Shown here in pieces: positions 1 through 10,920 of a DNA stretch of 64,000 nt. The number at the start of each line of letters is the position of its first letter. The stretch's first letter is position 1. The notes under the pieces are model-generated. The model was given only the letters and a program-made list of their open reading frames with translations, did not search any database and had not been told where the DNA came from. The position numbers were made by a program, and so were the translations under genes. Source of the DNA: an uncultured archaeon (GTDB lineage Archaea; Nanobdellota; Nanobdellia; Pacearchaeales; GW2011-AR1); the NCBI GenBank assembly GCA_937143345.1, contig CAKZRD010000019.1, positions 9,116 through 73,115 of the forward strand, written 5' to 3'.

Positions 1-78
1 GACCATAAAAACCTAGTTTTATTTCTTTTTTTATTTTAAAAAAATTGAAAAACTTTTCTTTTATTTTTGATATTAAAC

Positions 79-2706
79 TCATTTTTTATTTAAAATTTTT
101 TTAATTTTTTCTATCGAAATTAATTCGAATTGGCTGGTAACTCCTTCTCTTTCAGCTTTTTTTGCTGCATATTCTGCTTGCTCTCTTGACCAATAACCTT
201 GCTTAACTAGTTTATCCATCGCTTCTTCCCTACTTAAACCTTTCTCTTTGTATGACTTAAAAAAAGAGATAAGATTCAATAAATCTTTAGAGGATTTAAA
301 CAAAGATTTTTCATATCTTTCTTTTAGTTTAATATTAACTATTAAATAAGCAATTATAAAAAAAACAAAAATTATCAAAAGAATAATTATCACTAAAAGA
401 ACTGGTTTGCAATCTCTTCTACAGTTTTTATAGTTCTCACCTAAATTTTTTTCACATAGTTTATTAAAATTACAAACTCCTAATTCCTTAACAGATAAAT
501 GAACCTTTGAAAGATCTTTTGGAAAAACCAATATACTAGGATCTGTTGTTCCGTTTAAGATAAAAGAAAACCTAGATTCTGTGCCTTTATTTAATAAAAA
601 TTTTTTAAATCCTTGAATAGACTCTCCTTGTGAAGAGGAATATAAAATATTTTGAGAAGAGATTAATAAGAAAGAATCTTCTAAAGGTAAAATATTAGTG
701 TCTAAAATTAAAAAAGATGCAAGTGTTTTATTAAAGTTGTCTTTTATATTTACAACTTGAATTCTTTTTTTAGAGTTATTATCTAAGTTTTTCACGCTCC
801 AATAGGATATATACTTTTTGTAATCCTCTTCTGAAGAAGAAACGTTCTCGCTCAAAGAAACTCTAAGAATATCGGAAGAGATTTGTTCTGGTAAAAGAAA
901 AAAAGGTTCTTCTTTTTTTATTATGGAAAAATCTGTCGGAACGGCAATATTAAATATCTTTTCTGCAGTAAAAAGAATTTCTTCATCTAATGTTTTTGTT
1001 TCGAGGTCTCTTTCTAAACTAATTAGATCATTTTCAATTTTCTTTAAATTAAAAGAATCAATTATTTTATCAGAAATAGTTTTTGTAAGTTTTTCTTCTA
1101 ACTTATTATTAAAATTTGAATTAAACTCTTTCTTAAGAAGCAATAAATCTTTGCTTATATTCTTTGGCAAGAAGGTTTCTATTAGAAATTTCTTTCTAGT
1201 TAATTCTTTTTCTCTTTCTTTTATAGATACCTCTACCTCATATAAAGAAATATTTCTAAAAATGTAATTAACATTTGAGGTGTTTGTTGTTTTTATTATG
1301 CCATCATTAGAAAAATTCCAAACAAAAATAAAAGAACCATTTCTAAGAAAATACTCTAAATTTAAAGTCACATTTACTAAAGAAGGAACTTTTTTTGGGT
1401 ATAAATCTAATATTATTGGAACAGAAGAAACATTTATTCTTCTTGAAAAAAGAGGAATTTTTTCAGAATCTTTTACTAAGAAAAAAGTAATATTTCTTAT
1501 TCCACTCTCATTAACTATAAAATCAGCCAAGGATAAATTTACGTTTCCTCTAAAAGAAACTTTTGGATTTTGAATTGTGAGGTTCCTCACTTTTGTAGAA
1601 AAAGAATTTCCTTGAATAGAAGAATATCTTGTTTTTATTTCAGAAATTTCCAAAGTTTGGTTTATACCTGAAAAAATTATAGGGATAAAACACCCACTAG
1701 AACAGTTATTTCGATAAAATTTGTTTAAATAAGAATTAACTGCGTTTATTGACTCTGGTGTTATGTCTTTAGAAAATATGTTTATCTCACCTGAAACTGA
1801 AACATGCTTTGGTTTTATTAAAAAAATAGAATAATCACCTGACGATGAACTAAAAGAACGAAAATAACCACAAGAGTTTTGATTTTCTTGAAATCCTAAA
1901 TAAATATTTGTTGAAGAATTTGAGTTTATACAGACAAAATAATGGTCTTGGATAATCTTATTTTGAAAAGAAAGATCACAAAAATTTCTTTCAGAAGAAA
2001 TGAAGTTACAAGAACCCAACAAATTTCTTCTAGAATCTAAAAGAGACATTATCAAATGTTTATTCTCGTTATTATTTAAAAAATTTGCTCCTAAAAGAAC
2101 TTTAGAAGTTTCTGAGTTAATAAAAATTTTCTCACAATATTTATCCTCGCCAATTATCTTATTATAAGAAAAAGGTTTCGAAGTATTAAAACAACCATAG
2201 TTTGGTATATTCAAAAAATTATTTGTTTGATTTTTAAATTTCCAAGCTTCTTTGTTTATAAGATTTATTTGAAGTGGAGAATAGTCAGATTCTGGAAAAA
2301 AAGTTTTTAATTTTATATCTAAACCTTCAAATCTTAAAAAACTGCTATCTGTTATTTCTAATCCTATTAGATATTGGTTTTTTTCAACTATCCTAATCCT
2401 TGCAGAAGAAAAAAATTGTGAGGAAGATGGGGATAAAATTCTTTCACAACCAAAAGATTCGCAAGAAAGAGGGTTTCCGTTAATCCTTAAAAGATCTCTT
2501 AACAATATCTTATGACCTTCGCTTGATTCCAAATAATAATCAGGTGTTAAATCAGTAAAATTAAGATAAAAAGAAAAATTCAACTTTTCTCCGATAGAAT
2601 AATTTTCCTGCCACGAAATCAAAGAAGTATTTACATTAGAAGAGCTCGAAAAAGCAGGACTAAAAAAAATAAATAAGAATAAGACATAAAATATTCCATT
2701 CTTCAT
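79..2706 (-). CDS. Large membrane-anchored surface protein (signal peptide, PKD-like segment, Cys knot, C-terminal TM helix)
   Basis: 875 aa. N-terminal hydrophobic signal; FVWNFSNDG PKD-like motif; CNFNKLCEKNLGENYKNCRRDC just before a TM helix; many N-x-S/T sequons. Confidence 0.75.
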   Translation of the reverse strand: MKNGIFYVLFLFIFFSPAFSSSSNVNTSLISWQENYSIGEKLNFSFYLNFTDLTPDYYLESSEGHKILLRDLLRINGNPLSCESFGCERILSPSSSQFFSSARIRIVEKNQYLIGLEITDSSFLRFEGLDIKLKTFFPESDYSPLQINLINKEAWKFKNQTNNFLNIPNYGCFNTSKPFSYNKIIGEDKYCEKIFINSETSKVLLGANFLNNNENKHLIMSLLDSRRNLLGSCNFISSERNFCDLSFQNKIIQDHYFVCINSNSSTNIYLGFQENQNSCGYFRSFSSSSGDYSIFLIKPKHVSVSGEINIFSKDITPESINAVNSYLNKFYRNNCSSGCFIPIIFSGINQTLEISEIKTRYSSIQGNSFSTKVRNLTIQNPKVSFRGNVNLSLADFIVNESGIRNITFFLVKDSEKIPLFSRRINVSSVPIILDLYPKKVPSLVNVTLNLEYFLRNGSFIFVWNFSNDGIIKTTNTSNVNYIFRNISLYEVEVSIKEREKELTRKKFLIETFLPKNISKDLLLLKKEFNSNFNNKLEEKLTKTISDKIIDSFNLKKIENDLISLERDLETKTLDEEILFTAEKIFNIAVPTDFSIIKKEEPFFLLPEQISSDILRVSLSENVSSSEEDYKKYISYWSVKNLDNNSKKRIQVVNIKDNFNKTLASFLILDTNILPLEDSFLLISSQNILYSSSQGESIQGFKKFLLNKGTESRFSFILNGTTDPSILVFPKDLSKVHLSVKELGVCNFNKLCEKNLGENYKNCRRDCKPVLLVIIILLIIFVFFIIAYLIVNIKLKERYEKSLFKSSKDLLNLISFFKSYKEKGLSREEAMDKLVKQGYWSREQAEYAAKKAEREGVTSQFELISIEKIKKILNKK

Positions 2707-2741
2707 AAAAAATTAAGAAAAAATAAGTTTATAAATATTTT

Positions 2742-2927
2742 CTAATTTTTTTGTAGTTTTTTTTCTAAACTGGAAATCTTTTCTAAAAGAGAAGCGTGGT
2801 TAAAAGAAAGGTGCTGGATTTTTTTATTTAAATCCTGAATAGAATCATTTAAACGAAGAATATCTTTTTTGACATAATGAAAACTTAATGAAATTTTTCT
2901 ATCGAGTTCTTTTAAATTCTTAACCAT
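2742..2927 (-). CDS. Small coiled-coil hypothetical protein
   Basis: 61 aa heptad-rich ORF with a TATA-like box (GTTATAAAC on minus strand) ~20 nt upstream. Confidence 0.6.
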   Translation of the reverse strand: MVKNLKELDRKISLSFHYVKKDILRLNDSIQDLNKKIQHLSFNHASLLEKISSLEKKLQKN

Positions 2928-3030
2928 AAAGAAAAGAAGATAAAAGTGTTTATAACTTTCTATTTGTTATAACTTTAAAATTACTACAAATAAACAAAAA
3001 GAATAAAAGGAAAACTAAAATATAATAATT

Positions 3031-4224
3031 ATGAGAAAATATGAACTTATTTCTCCTTCAGGTGATTTTGCAAGCTTAAGAGCTGCTATTGATGCTGGGG
3101 CAGATGCTATTTATTTTGGATTAAAAGAGTTTTCTATGAGGGCTTTTGCAAAAAATTTTTCTTTAAAAGATATTGAAAAAATAAATAAAATTTGCAAAGA
3201 GAAAAATATTAAAAAATATATAACCTTAAATACAATTATTTATGAAGATGAAATAAAAAAAATAGAAAAAATATTAAAAAAAATCAAAAATTTTATAGAT
3301 GCTGTTATCTGTTGGGATTTCGCTGTTATAGAGTTATGTAAAAAATTAAAAATCCCTTTTCATATATCAACACAGGCTTCTATTTCAAATTCGTTTTCGG
3401 CGAATTTTTACAAAAAGTTAGGTGCCGAAAGAATAGTCGTTGCAAGAGAATTAAGTTTAGAAAAAATAAAGAAAATATCAAAAAATATTGATGTAGAGGC
3501 CTTTTGTCATGGTGCTATGTGTGTTTCTATTTCTGGAAGATGTTTTACAAGCCAATTTCTTTTTAATAAAAGCGCTAATAGAGGAGAGTGTTTGCAACCG
3601 TGTAGAAGAAAATATCGAATTATCGACGAAGAAAATAATGAATTAGTCTTAGAGAATAATAGAGTTATGTCAGCAAAAGATTTATGTACTCTGCCTTTTA
3701 TTGAAAAAATGAAGAAATCAGGAATAAAAGCTTTTAAAATTGAAGGAAGAAATCGTTCTCCAGAGTATGTTTATGTTACAACAAAAATTTATAGAAAAGC
3801 ATTAGATAAAAAATTAACAGAAAAAGAAATTGAAAGTGGTTTAAAAGAATTGAAAAAAGTTTATAATAGAGGTTTTTCTTCTGGTTTTTATTTAGGATTA
3901 CCAAGTGTTAATGATTTTTCTTCTTCTGATTCTGGGGAACAAAAAGAAATGAAAGAATATGTTGGGAGAATTGAAAAATATTGGTCAAAAATAGAAGTCG
4001 CTGGTGTAAAAATCCATAAAACAGGTTTGAAAAAGAATGATAAAATTTATGTAATTGGAAAAAAAACAGGTGTTAAAAAACTAAAAATTGAAAAAATTGA
4101 AAAAGATAAAAAAGAAGTTTTAAAAGCGGAAAAAGGAGATTTTATTTGGATAAAAATACCTAATGCAAAAAAAGGTGACGAAGTTTATGTTATAAAAAAG
4201 AAAATTTTTAACAGAAATTTATAA
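3031..4224 (+). CDS. Peptidase U32 family protein (TrhP/RlhA-like RNA hydroxylation)
   Basis: ELISPSG, GADAIYFG, HISTQ, HGAMCVSISGRC, NRGECLQPCR, KIEGR motifs. Confidence 0.9.
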   Translation: MRKYELISPSGDFASLRAAIDAGADAIYFGLKEFSMRAFAKNFSLKDIEKINKICKEKNIKKYITLNTIIYEDEIKKIEKILKKIKNFIDAVICWDFAVIELCKKLKIPFHISTQASISNSFSANFYKKLGAERIVVARELSLEKIKKISKNIDVEAFCHGAMCVSISGRCFTSQFLFNKSANRGECLQPCRRKYRIIDEENNELVLENNRVMSAKDLCTLPFIEKMKKSGIKAFKIEGRNRSPEYVYVTTKIYRKALDKKLTEKEIESGLKELKKVYNRGFSSGFYLGLPSVNDFSSSDSGEQKEMKEYVGRIEKYWSKIEVAGVKIHKTGLKKNDKIYVIGKKTGVKKLKIEKIEKDKKEVLKAEKGDFIWIKIPNAKKGDEVYVIKKKIFNRNL

Positions 4225-4440
4225 GATTAATCTTTCTTATTATGTTTTGATAATCTTTAGAAAAAATGATTTGGCGTTTTTAGTTTGGATAAAATTAAAA
4301 CATAGGAACTTTAATAGTTTACTAAAATATTAAATACAAATATAATATTTAACAAAAACTTAGAAATTTTTGTTTTTTAGTTCATCTTTGTCGCAAAATA
4401 AATATGTAAAAGTAATTAAAATAGCGTTTATTTATAAAAT

Positions 4441-5244
4441 TCAAACTTTCTTAAAGTTATTCCAAGCTAATTCAAACAAATCTTCCAATGATTTTGCAAA
4501 AAATTCTGTATTTAACCAAATACCAACATCATAAGAAGGATGAACTTTTTCATCGTCCAAAACCATAAACATAACTTCTTTTGAATCTATTATCATAAAT
4601 CTTGCTCTAAAATTACCACAATCCCTAACTTCTACTACTGATTGTAAATCCTTTGCTATTTTTTTATTGTGTTCTGTTATTGGAGCTGCGACTCTTATTT
4701 TTACTCCTCTTTTTTTAGCTTTTTCTAAAGAAGGAATTAATACTTCTACTTTTTTTACGAGTCCTTCGGCAGTTGTTACGAAAGTTATTGTTTCTTCAGC
4801 ACTTCGAATCATCATATCTAAATGGTTGTAAAGATTCTGACTCCCTTTTATAGAACCTGAAAGATCTGTAGGTTCAACATATTTAACTCCTTCTTCAAAA
4901 AGAGAGTTAAGTTCATCCAAAATATCTTCTTTTTTAAGCGATTCTAATCTCTTGGATTTTTCTTTTGCCTCTAAAACAAGATTTTTCTTTACTCTTTCAA
5001 TAACTTCTTCGGGTTTTAAAGCAACAAACTTTATAGGCTTCCCTACCTTCATAATAACAAAGCCTTTCTTCTCTAAACTTTCTAGAATATCATAAGTTCT
5101 TGAACGAGGAACATCGCTAATTGAAGATAACTCGCCAGCAGTAGATTGTCTTCGAGAAAGCAAAGAAACCCAAACTTTTGTCTCATATAAATTTAAATCA
5201 AAAATTTTTCTTAGACGATTTAAAAATTCTTCTTTAACTATCAT
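4441..5244 (-). CDS. TrmB-family transcriptional regulator / chromatin protein
   Basis: LNLYETKVWVSLL...VPRSRTYDILESLEKKGFV wHTH followed by C-terminal effector domain. Confidence 0.9.
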   Translation of the reverse strand: MIVKEEFLNRLRKIFDLNLYETKVWVSLLSRRQSTAGELSSISDVPRSRTYDILESLEKKGFVIMKVGKPIKFVALKPEEVIERVKKNLVLEAKEKSKRLESLKKEDILDELNSLFEEGVKYVEPTDLSGSIKGSQNLYNHLDMMIRSAEETITFVTTAEGLVKKVEVLIPSLEKAKKRGVKIRVAAPITEHNKKIAKDLQSVVEVRDCGNFRARFMIIDSKEVMFMVLDDEKVHPSYDVGIWLNTEFFAKSLEDLFELAWNNFKKV

Positions 5245-5304
5245 AAATTTTTTAGTATAGGAAAGTATTTAAATCTTTCTTTTATTTTTCTCGGATAAGA
5301 GTAA

Positions 5305-8133
5305 TTAATTTTTTAAAGAAAAACCTACCTTGAAAGAACCTTCTTCGAATTTTCCTTCGAATAAAAATGGAATATCTTTTCTTTCATTAAAATAGATATT
5401 TTTTGCACCTATTCTCTGCTTTTCTTTTAAAAAAAAATCTTCGACAATTTTCTTGTTTTTTCCTTCTATAAATAACGAAACGTCTATCCTATCTTTTCTG
5501 ACTAGGCCTTTTTCTTTTCTTAAGGATTGAATTATTCTTGCGATCTCGTTTGAAAAACCTTCTGCTTTTAATTCTTCTGTTATATTTGTATCTAAAAGAA
5601 TTTTTTTATCTTTTGATTTTTTAAAATGCACTTTTTTAACATTGACCTCTCTTCTTAAAACCTCTAAAAGTTCCTCCGAGAAATCGAAACCTTCTAAACT
5701 TAAAGAAGAAAGAACTTGTTTTAATGGAATTTTTGATTTATCTCTTTCTCTTAAAACTTGAGAAGAAATTTCCCTTAATTGGGACATTTTTTCTTCTAAT
5801 TCTTTATCTATTTTTTCTTCTTCGTAAGAAGGCCAATCTTCTAAATGCACGGATTTTCCTTTCTCAATTTCTTTAAATATAATTTCAGCAGAAAAAGGCA
5901 TAATTGGTGCTATAAACTTAGCAAAATTTTCTAGAACAAAGAAAAGAGTTGTCTTCGCATCTTCATCTCCCTCGTTAAATCTTTCTCTACTCCTCCTTAT
6001 ATACCAATTAGATAAATTCTCAATAAAATCAAAAATTTTTTTACAAAGGCTTATGCTATCATAATTTTCATAATCTTTAGTTCCCTCTTTAATCAAATTA
6101 TTAAGCTTTGAAATAATCCACCTATCTAAAACTTTTTTTGAGTTTAATTTTTTTAATTTAATCTCTTTATAAAGAGAATAGAAATTTAATGAATTCATTA
6201 AAGGAAGAATAATTTTTTTATATGTTTCTTCTAATTCTTTATCTGAAAAATTAAAATCCTCTGCATTCATTAGTTTGCTTCCAAGTAAATAAAATCTAAA
6301 ACTATCAGCACCATATTTCTCTATGAGAATATTTGGATCTGTAAAATTTTCTTTTGATTTCGACATTTTTTCACCGTCTTCTGCTAGAATAGTTCCTGTA
6401 GTTACTACATTTTCAAAAGGAATATCATCGAAAAGAATTGCTGAAAGAACAAGCATATAATAAAACCACGCTCTAACTTGCCCAATATATTCTGCTACAA
6501 ATTGGGCTGGAAAATTTTTTTCAAAAAACTCTTTGTTCTCAAAAGGATAATGAAACTGCGCGAAAGTCATACTACCGCTTTCGAACCAGCAATCTAAAAC
6601 TTCTGGAATTCTCTTATATTCTTTTCCATCTTTAACCAAAATTATTTCGTCTAAAAAATCCTTATGCAAATCTATTTTTTCCGGAAGATTTTTTGCGTAT
6701 TTTTTTAATTCTTTAATTGAACCTATAACCAAAATATCGTCTTCTTTTGATTTCCAAACAGGAATTGCTGTTGCCCAATATCTGTTCCTTGAAATATTCC
6801 AATCTGGTGCATTTTCTATAGAATAACGAGCCCTACCTTCTCTTAAAAAAGAAGGGTGATAATTTAGTTTTGAATTTAGTTCTAATAATCTTTTTTTAAT
6901 TTTTTGAATGTCTACAAAAAATGAAGGCACCTCCTTATAAATAAGCTTTGTTTCGCAACGATAACAAAAAGGATAATCGTGTGAAATTTTTTTGATCGAA
7001 ACGATTTTGTTTTGCTGCTTTAAAAAATCTATTATTTCTTTATTAGAATTATGAACAAACATTCCTGCAAAGTCAATAACTTCTTTTTTAAAATTACCTT
7101 TTTCATCTACCGGATCAACAATAGGAATTTTGTATTTTTTACAAACTTCGTAGTCTTCTTCTCCGTATGCTGGAGCTATGTGAACTATACCTGTACCTTC
7201 CTCAGAACTAACAAAATCTCCTAATAAAACCTTAAAAGAATTTTGATTTTCCCTGAAGTAAGGAAAGAGAGGGTCATATTCTTCTCCTTCTAATTCCTTT
7301 CCCAAAAATTCTTTTTTTATTTTGTATTCTTCTTCATCTTTATAATATCTATTTAACAAATCTTTTAATAAAACATAATTTTCATTTTCTTTTTTGTCAT
7401 AAATAAGAACGTATTTCAAATCCCTATGAACTGCTAAAGCTAAATTTGATGGCAATGTCCAAGGCGTTGTTGTCCAAGCCAAAAAATAGAAATCTTTATT
7501 TTTCGATTTAAATTTTAATACTACGCTATCATCCGTTATTTTTTTATAAGTATTATCCATTGCAATTTCTGCTTTCGCTAGAGGGGTTGAACAACGTGGG
7601 CAATATAACAAAATCCTTTCTCCTTCGTAAATAAAACCTTTTTCCCAAAGTTGCTTGAAAGCCCACCAAACACTCTCTATATATTCATTATCCATTGTCT
7701 TATAACAATTTTTCATATCTACCCATCTCCCTACCCTCCTAATAGTTTTTTCCCATTCTTTCATATACTCTAAAACCTTGCTTCTACAAAAATTATTGAA
7801 TTTTTTTATTCCTATTTTTTTTTCAATTTCGTCTTTTGAATTTATTTCAAGATATTTTTCAACGATATTTTCTATTGGAAGGCCATGACAATCCCACCCC
7901 CAAACTCTCCGAACAAAACGACCTTTCATTGTCCAAAACCTTCCATAAAAATCTTTTGTTATACTGCCTAAAAGATGGCCGTGGTGTGGAAGACCTGTAG
8001 CGAAAGGTGGTCCGTCATAAAAGATGTAAGGTTTAAAATTCCTCGTTTTTTCTAAAGATTTTTCAAAAGTTTTGTCTTTATCCCAAAATTCCAAGATCTC
8101 TAATTCTTTTTCGTTTATCGTTTTTTTACTCAT
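5305..8133 (-). CDS. ileS: Isoleucine--tRNA ligase
   Basis: FYDGPPFATGLPHHGH, GWDCHGLP, WTTTPWTLPSN, DWNISRNRYW, KMSKS. Confidence 0.97.
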   Translation of the reverse strand: MSKKTINEKELEILEFWDKDKTFEKSLEKTRNFKPYIFYDGPPFATGLPHHGHLLGSITKDFYGRFWTMKGRFVRRVWGWDCHGLPIENIVEKYLEINSKDEIEKKIGIKKFNNFCRSKVLEYMKEWEKTIRRVGRWVDMKNCYKTMDNEYIESVWWAFKQLWEKGFIYEGERILLYCPRCSTPLAKAEIAMDNTYKKITDDSVVLKFKSKNKDFYFLAWTTTPWTLPSNLALAVHRDLKYVLIYDKKENENYVLLKDLLNRYYKDEEEYKIKKEFLGKELEGEEYDPLFPYFRENQNSFKVLLGDFVSSEEGTGIVHIAPAYGEEDYEVCKKYKIPIVDPVDEKGNFKKEVIDFAGMFVHNSNKEIIDFLKQQNKIVSIKKISHDYPFCYRCETKLIYKEVPSFFVDIQKIKKRLLELNSKLNYHPSFLREGRARYSIENAPDWNISRNRYWATAIPVWKSKEDDILVIGSIKELKKYAKNLPEKIDLHKDFLDEIILVKDGKEYKRIPEVLDCWFESGSMTFAQFHYPFENKEFFEKNFPAQFVAEYIGQVRAWFYYMLVLSAILFDDIPFENVVTTGTILAEDGEKMSKSKENFTDPNILIEKYGADSFRFYLLGSKLMNAEDFNFSDKELEETYKKIILPLMNSLNFYSLYKEIKLKKLNSKKVLDRWIISKLNNLIKEGTKDYENYDSISLCKKIFDFIENLSNWYIRRSRERFNEGDEDAKTTLFFVLENFAKFIAPIMPFSAEIIFKEIEKGKSVHLEDWPSYEEEKIDKELEEKMSQLREISSQVLRERDKSKIPLKQVLSSLSLEGFDFSEELLEVLRREVNVKKVHFKKSKDKKILLDTNITEELKAEGFSNEIARIIQSLRKEKGLVRKDRIDVSLFIEGKNKKIVEDFFLKEKQRIGAKNIYFNERKDIPFLFEGKFEEGSFKVGFSLKN

Positions 8134-8209
8134 GGAAATAAGTAAGAAAAATGTTTTTTAACTTTTTCTATAAGAAACATTAATAAATACTAAAAACTAT
8201 ATAGATAAA

Positions 8210-9055
8210 ATGGGTGATAAAATTTCTTTTAGTGAAAGAATCTTTTTTAATTTTGCCGATAAGCATGAAGAAACTTTTCGTTCTTTAAAAGAAGATCTCG
8301 CAAAAGCAAATATGCAAATTCTTTATCAGAACTATGTTTCTATGGCTATTTTTTATACTTTTGTCTCTTTTTTTATTTCTTTGGCTCTTTCGATATTTTT
8401 TTATTTTTTTAGCAAAAATCTTTTATCCTTTCTTATTCTCTTTTTTCCTTTTATTGTAAGTGTTCTCTTTTTTGTTGGACCTTCCAGTAAAGCAAAATCA
8501 AACTCCGAAAAAATAAACGAAGAGTTACCCTTTGCAGTTATTTATATGGCTGCAATATCTCAGTCCAATATTGAACCTATAAGAATGTTTAGACTAATAG
8601 CAAACTCTAAAGAGTATCCAATATTATCTTTTGAAATAAAAAAAATTTTAAACCAAATAGACTTTTTCGGTTACACTCTTGTAAACTCGTTGAGAGACGC
8701 GGCATTAAAAACAAACAACGAAAAACTTCGTGAATTATTTTCTGGAATAGCCATAAACATAGTTGGAGGTGGTTCTCTTAAAAACTTTCTTGAAAAAAAA
8801 GCGGAAAATTTACTTATAGAATATAGATTAGAAAGACAAAAATATAATAATTTAGCAGCAACCTTTTTAGATGTTTATATAAGTGTTTTGATAGTTGCTC
8901 CGTTAATATTAATAACTGTTTTAGTAATAATGAGTATAAGCGGATTTAAAATAAATGTTTCACTAAACACTCTTATTTTTATATTTGTGGCTGTATTATT
9001 TATTTTAAATTTGTTATTCTTGTTGTTATTAGAAATAAAACAACCAAAAACATAA
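8210..9055 (+). CDS. Type II/IV secretion F-family (TadC/FlaJ-like) pilus platform membrane protein
   Basis: KINEELPFAVIYMAA...SFEIKKI, GGSLKNFL, multiple TM helices. Confidence 0.85.
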   Translation: MGDKISFSERIFFNFADKHEETFRSLKEDLAKANMQILYQNYVSMAIFYTFVSFFISLALSIFFYFFSKNLLSFLILFFPFIVSVLFFVGPSSKAKSNSEKINEELPFAVIYMAAISQSNIEPIRMFRLIANSKEYPILSFEIKKILNQIDFFGYTLVNSLRDAALKTNNEKLRELFSGIAINIVGGGSLKNFLEKKAENLLIEYRLERQKYNNLAATFLDVYISVLIVAPLILITVLVIMSISGFKINVSLNTLIFIFVAVLFILNLLFLLLLEIKQPKT

Positions 9056-9056
9056 A

Positions 9057-9866
9057 ATGAAAAAAAGTTTAATTTTTTTATTTATTGGATTTATTGGAAT
9101 AATAATTTCTTTTTTAAGATTGGAAGGAGATATAAAAAATTTTGTGATTGTTATTTGTATTTTTTTTAGTTTTTTTCCATATATAATTGAAAATAATTTA
9201 ATACAAAAAAGAGAAAGAGAAAAAGAAGAAAAATTTCTTGAATTTATTCGCGATATATTAGAGAATGTTAAAACTGGCACTCCTATAAATAAAGCAATAT
9301 TAAATGTCCAAAACAGAGATTATGGTGCTTTAAGTTCCCATATAAAAAAATTAGCCAACCAAATATCTTTGGGTTTTCCTCTTAGTAACGCCTTAGAAAA
9401 TTTTGCAAATGAAGTAAAAAATGATCTTGTTTTTAAAACAATAGATCTTATATCTGAATCTAATAGGTCTGGTGGGGAGATTTCAAGCATTCTCTCTACT
9501 GTAGCAGATTCAATAAATCAAACGCAAATAATAAAAAAAGAAAGAAAAAGTTCTGTAGTAAATTTGCAAGTTCAAGGCTATATAATTTTTATAATTTTTA
9601 TTGTAATAGTGATCATTCTCCAGTTTTTTTTAATACCTAAATTAATATCAATAGGTAAAGAAGATGGTAATTATTTAGGTATTAGTCCTGAAAACAAAAT
9701 AGACTTTTCAAGAATAATGACAATAATTCTCGTTATAGAATCCTTTTTTTCTGGATTAGTAATAGGAAAAATTGCTGAAGGAAAAATTTCTTATGGCATA
9801 AAACACTCTTTTATCTTAGTCTCTATCTCACTAATATCTTTTTTTGCAGCAAAAATAATATTTTAA
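9057..9866 (+). CDS. Type II/IV secretion F-family (TadB/TadC-like) membrane protein
   Basis: FLEFIRDILENVKTG, DYGALS, SGGEISSIL, FFSGLVIGKIAEG...GIKHS. Confidence 0.85.
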   Translation: MKKSLIFLFIGFIGIIISFLRLEGDIKNFVIVICIFFSFFPYIIENNLIQKREREKEEKFLEFIRDILENVKTGTPINKAILNVQNRDYGALSSHIKKLANQISLGFPLSNALENFANEVKNDLVFKTIDLISESNRSGGEISSILSTVADSINQTQIIKKERKSSVVNLQVQGYIIFIIFIVIVIILQFFLIPKLISIGKEDGNYLGISPENKIDFSRIMTIILVIESFFSGLVIGKIAEGKISYGIKHSFILVSISLISFFAAKIIF

Positions 9867-9904
9867 AACAAAAGATATAAAAAAAGAAAAATTTTAATAA
9901 TATT

Positions 9905-10495
9905 ATGAAAAGAGGATTTTCTCATATAGAAATTGTTTTTGCCTTTGGAATATTTATTGGAGTAGTCGTTTTTGTTTTTTATTTTTTGAATCCTATCACA
10001 AAATCTAAGAAAGAGATATCCGAGAGTCATCTTGTTTATTTAAAAAATAATTTTTTTCAAATGGCAAGCACAAATGTTACGATTATTTTCTTGAATTCTT
10101 CCCAACCATGCTCCCCTATCATCTTAACAAACGGTACTTATGAAGATTTAGGACAAAATAAATATTATATTTTTCTTTCTGATGAGATAATTTCTAATTT
10201 GAACTCTTGTGAATCTCTTGGAATAAATTTTAATGTGGGGAGTATAAGAAAGAAGAAAATCTTGTCTAATGCTTCTTTAGAAAGAATAAAAGAAACCTAT
10301 TATAACAATTATAAAGAACTTCTAAAGAATTTGTCTATGGATAGTTCTTTTAATTTTGAAGTTTTGTCTGAAGGATATGAATTAAAAAAGAACTTTTCTA
10401 GTGAAAAAACTATTATCTCTATGGTTTTCAGAAGTGATGTCATTTATTCCAACGGAACAATAGAAAAAAAAGATTTTACATTTAAAATATGGTAA
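9905..10495 (+). CDS. Pilin-like protein (class III signal peptide)
   Basis: MKRG|FSHIE followed by a hydrophobic helix. Confidence 0.75.
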   Translation: MKRGFSHIEIVFAFGIFIGVVVFVFYFLNPITKSKKEISESHLVYLKNNFFQMASTNVTIIFLNSSQPCSPIILTNGTYEDLGQNKYYIFLSDEIISNLNSCESLGINFNVGSIRKKKILSNASLERIKETYYNNYKELLKNLSMDSSFNFEVLSEGYELKKNFSSEKTIISMVFRSDVIYSNGTIEKKDFTFKIW

Positions 10496-10896
10496 ATAAA
10501 AGAGGGTGGATTAGAATAGTTGAGGCTCTTATAGCAGTCTTAATGATATTAGGAGCAATAATCTTTATTATAGATACGAATAATAAAAAGAATTACTCTG
10601 AAAAAGAAAATTATATTAACGATTTACAAAAAAATGTTCTTGATGAAATCTCAAACAATCTTGAATTACGAAATTTTGCACTGAGTAAAAATGAAAGTGA
10701 AATAAAAAAAAGAATTAGTGGATATTTTCCCGATTTTTATGAATTTGATGTTAGGGTATGCAACTTAACTGAAGATTATTGCCTTCTTCAAATATACCCG
10801 AACAAAAATATTTATGTTGCCGATAAGATAATCAGCGGAACATTAGAAGTTTATTCTCCGGTTAAAGTAAGAATTTTTTTATGGGAAAAGAAATAA
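10489..10896 (+). CDS. Pilin-like protein (class III signal peptide)
   Basis: NKRG|WIRIVEAL followed by a hydrophobic helix. Confidence 0.75.
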   Translation: MVNKRGWIRIVEALIAVLMILGAIIFIIDTNNKKNYSEKENYINDLQKNVLDEISNNLELRNFALSKNESEIKKRISGYFPDFYEFDVRVCNLTEDYCLLQIYPNKNIYVADKIISGTLEVYSPVKVRIFLWEKK

Positions 10897-10920
10897 AAGC
10901 CTCTTTATTTTTTTATAGAT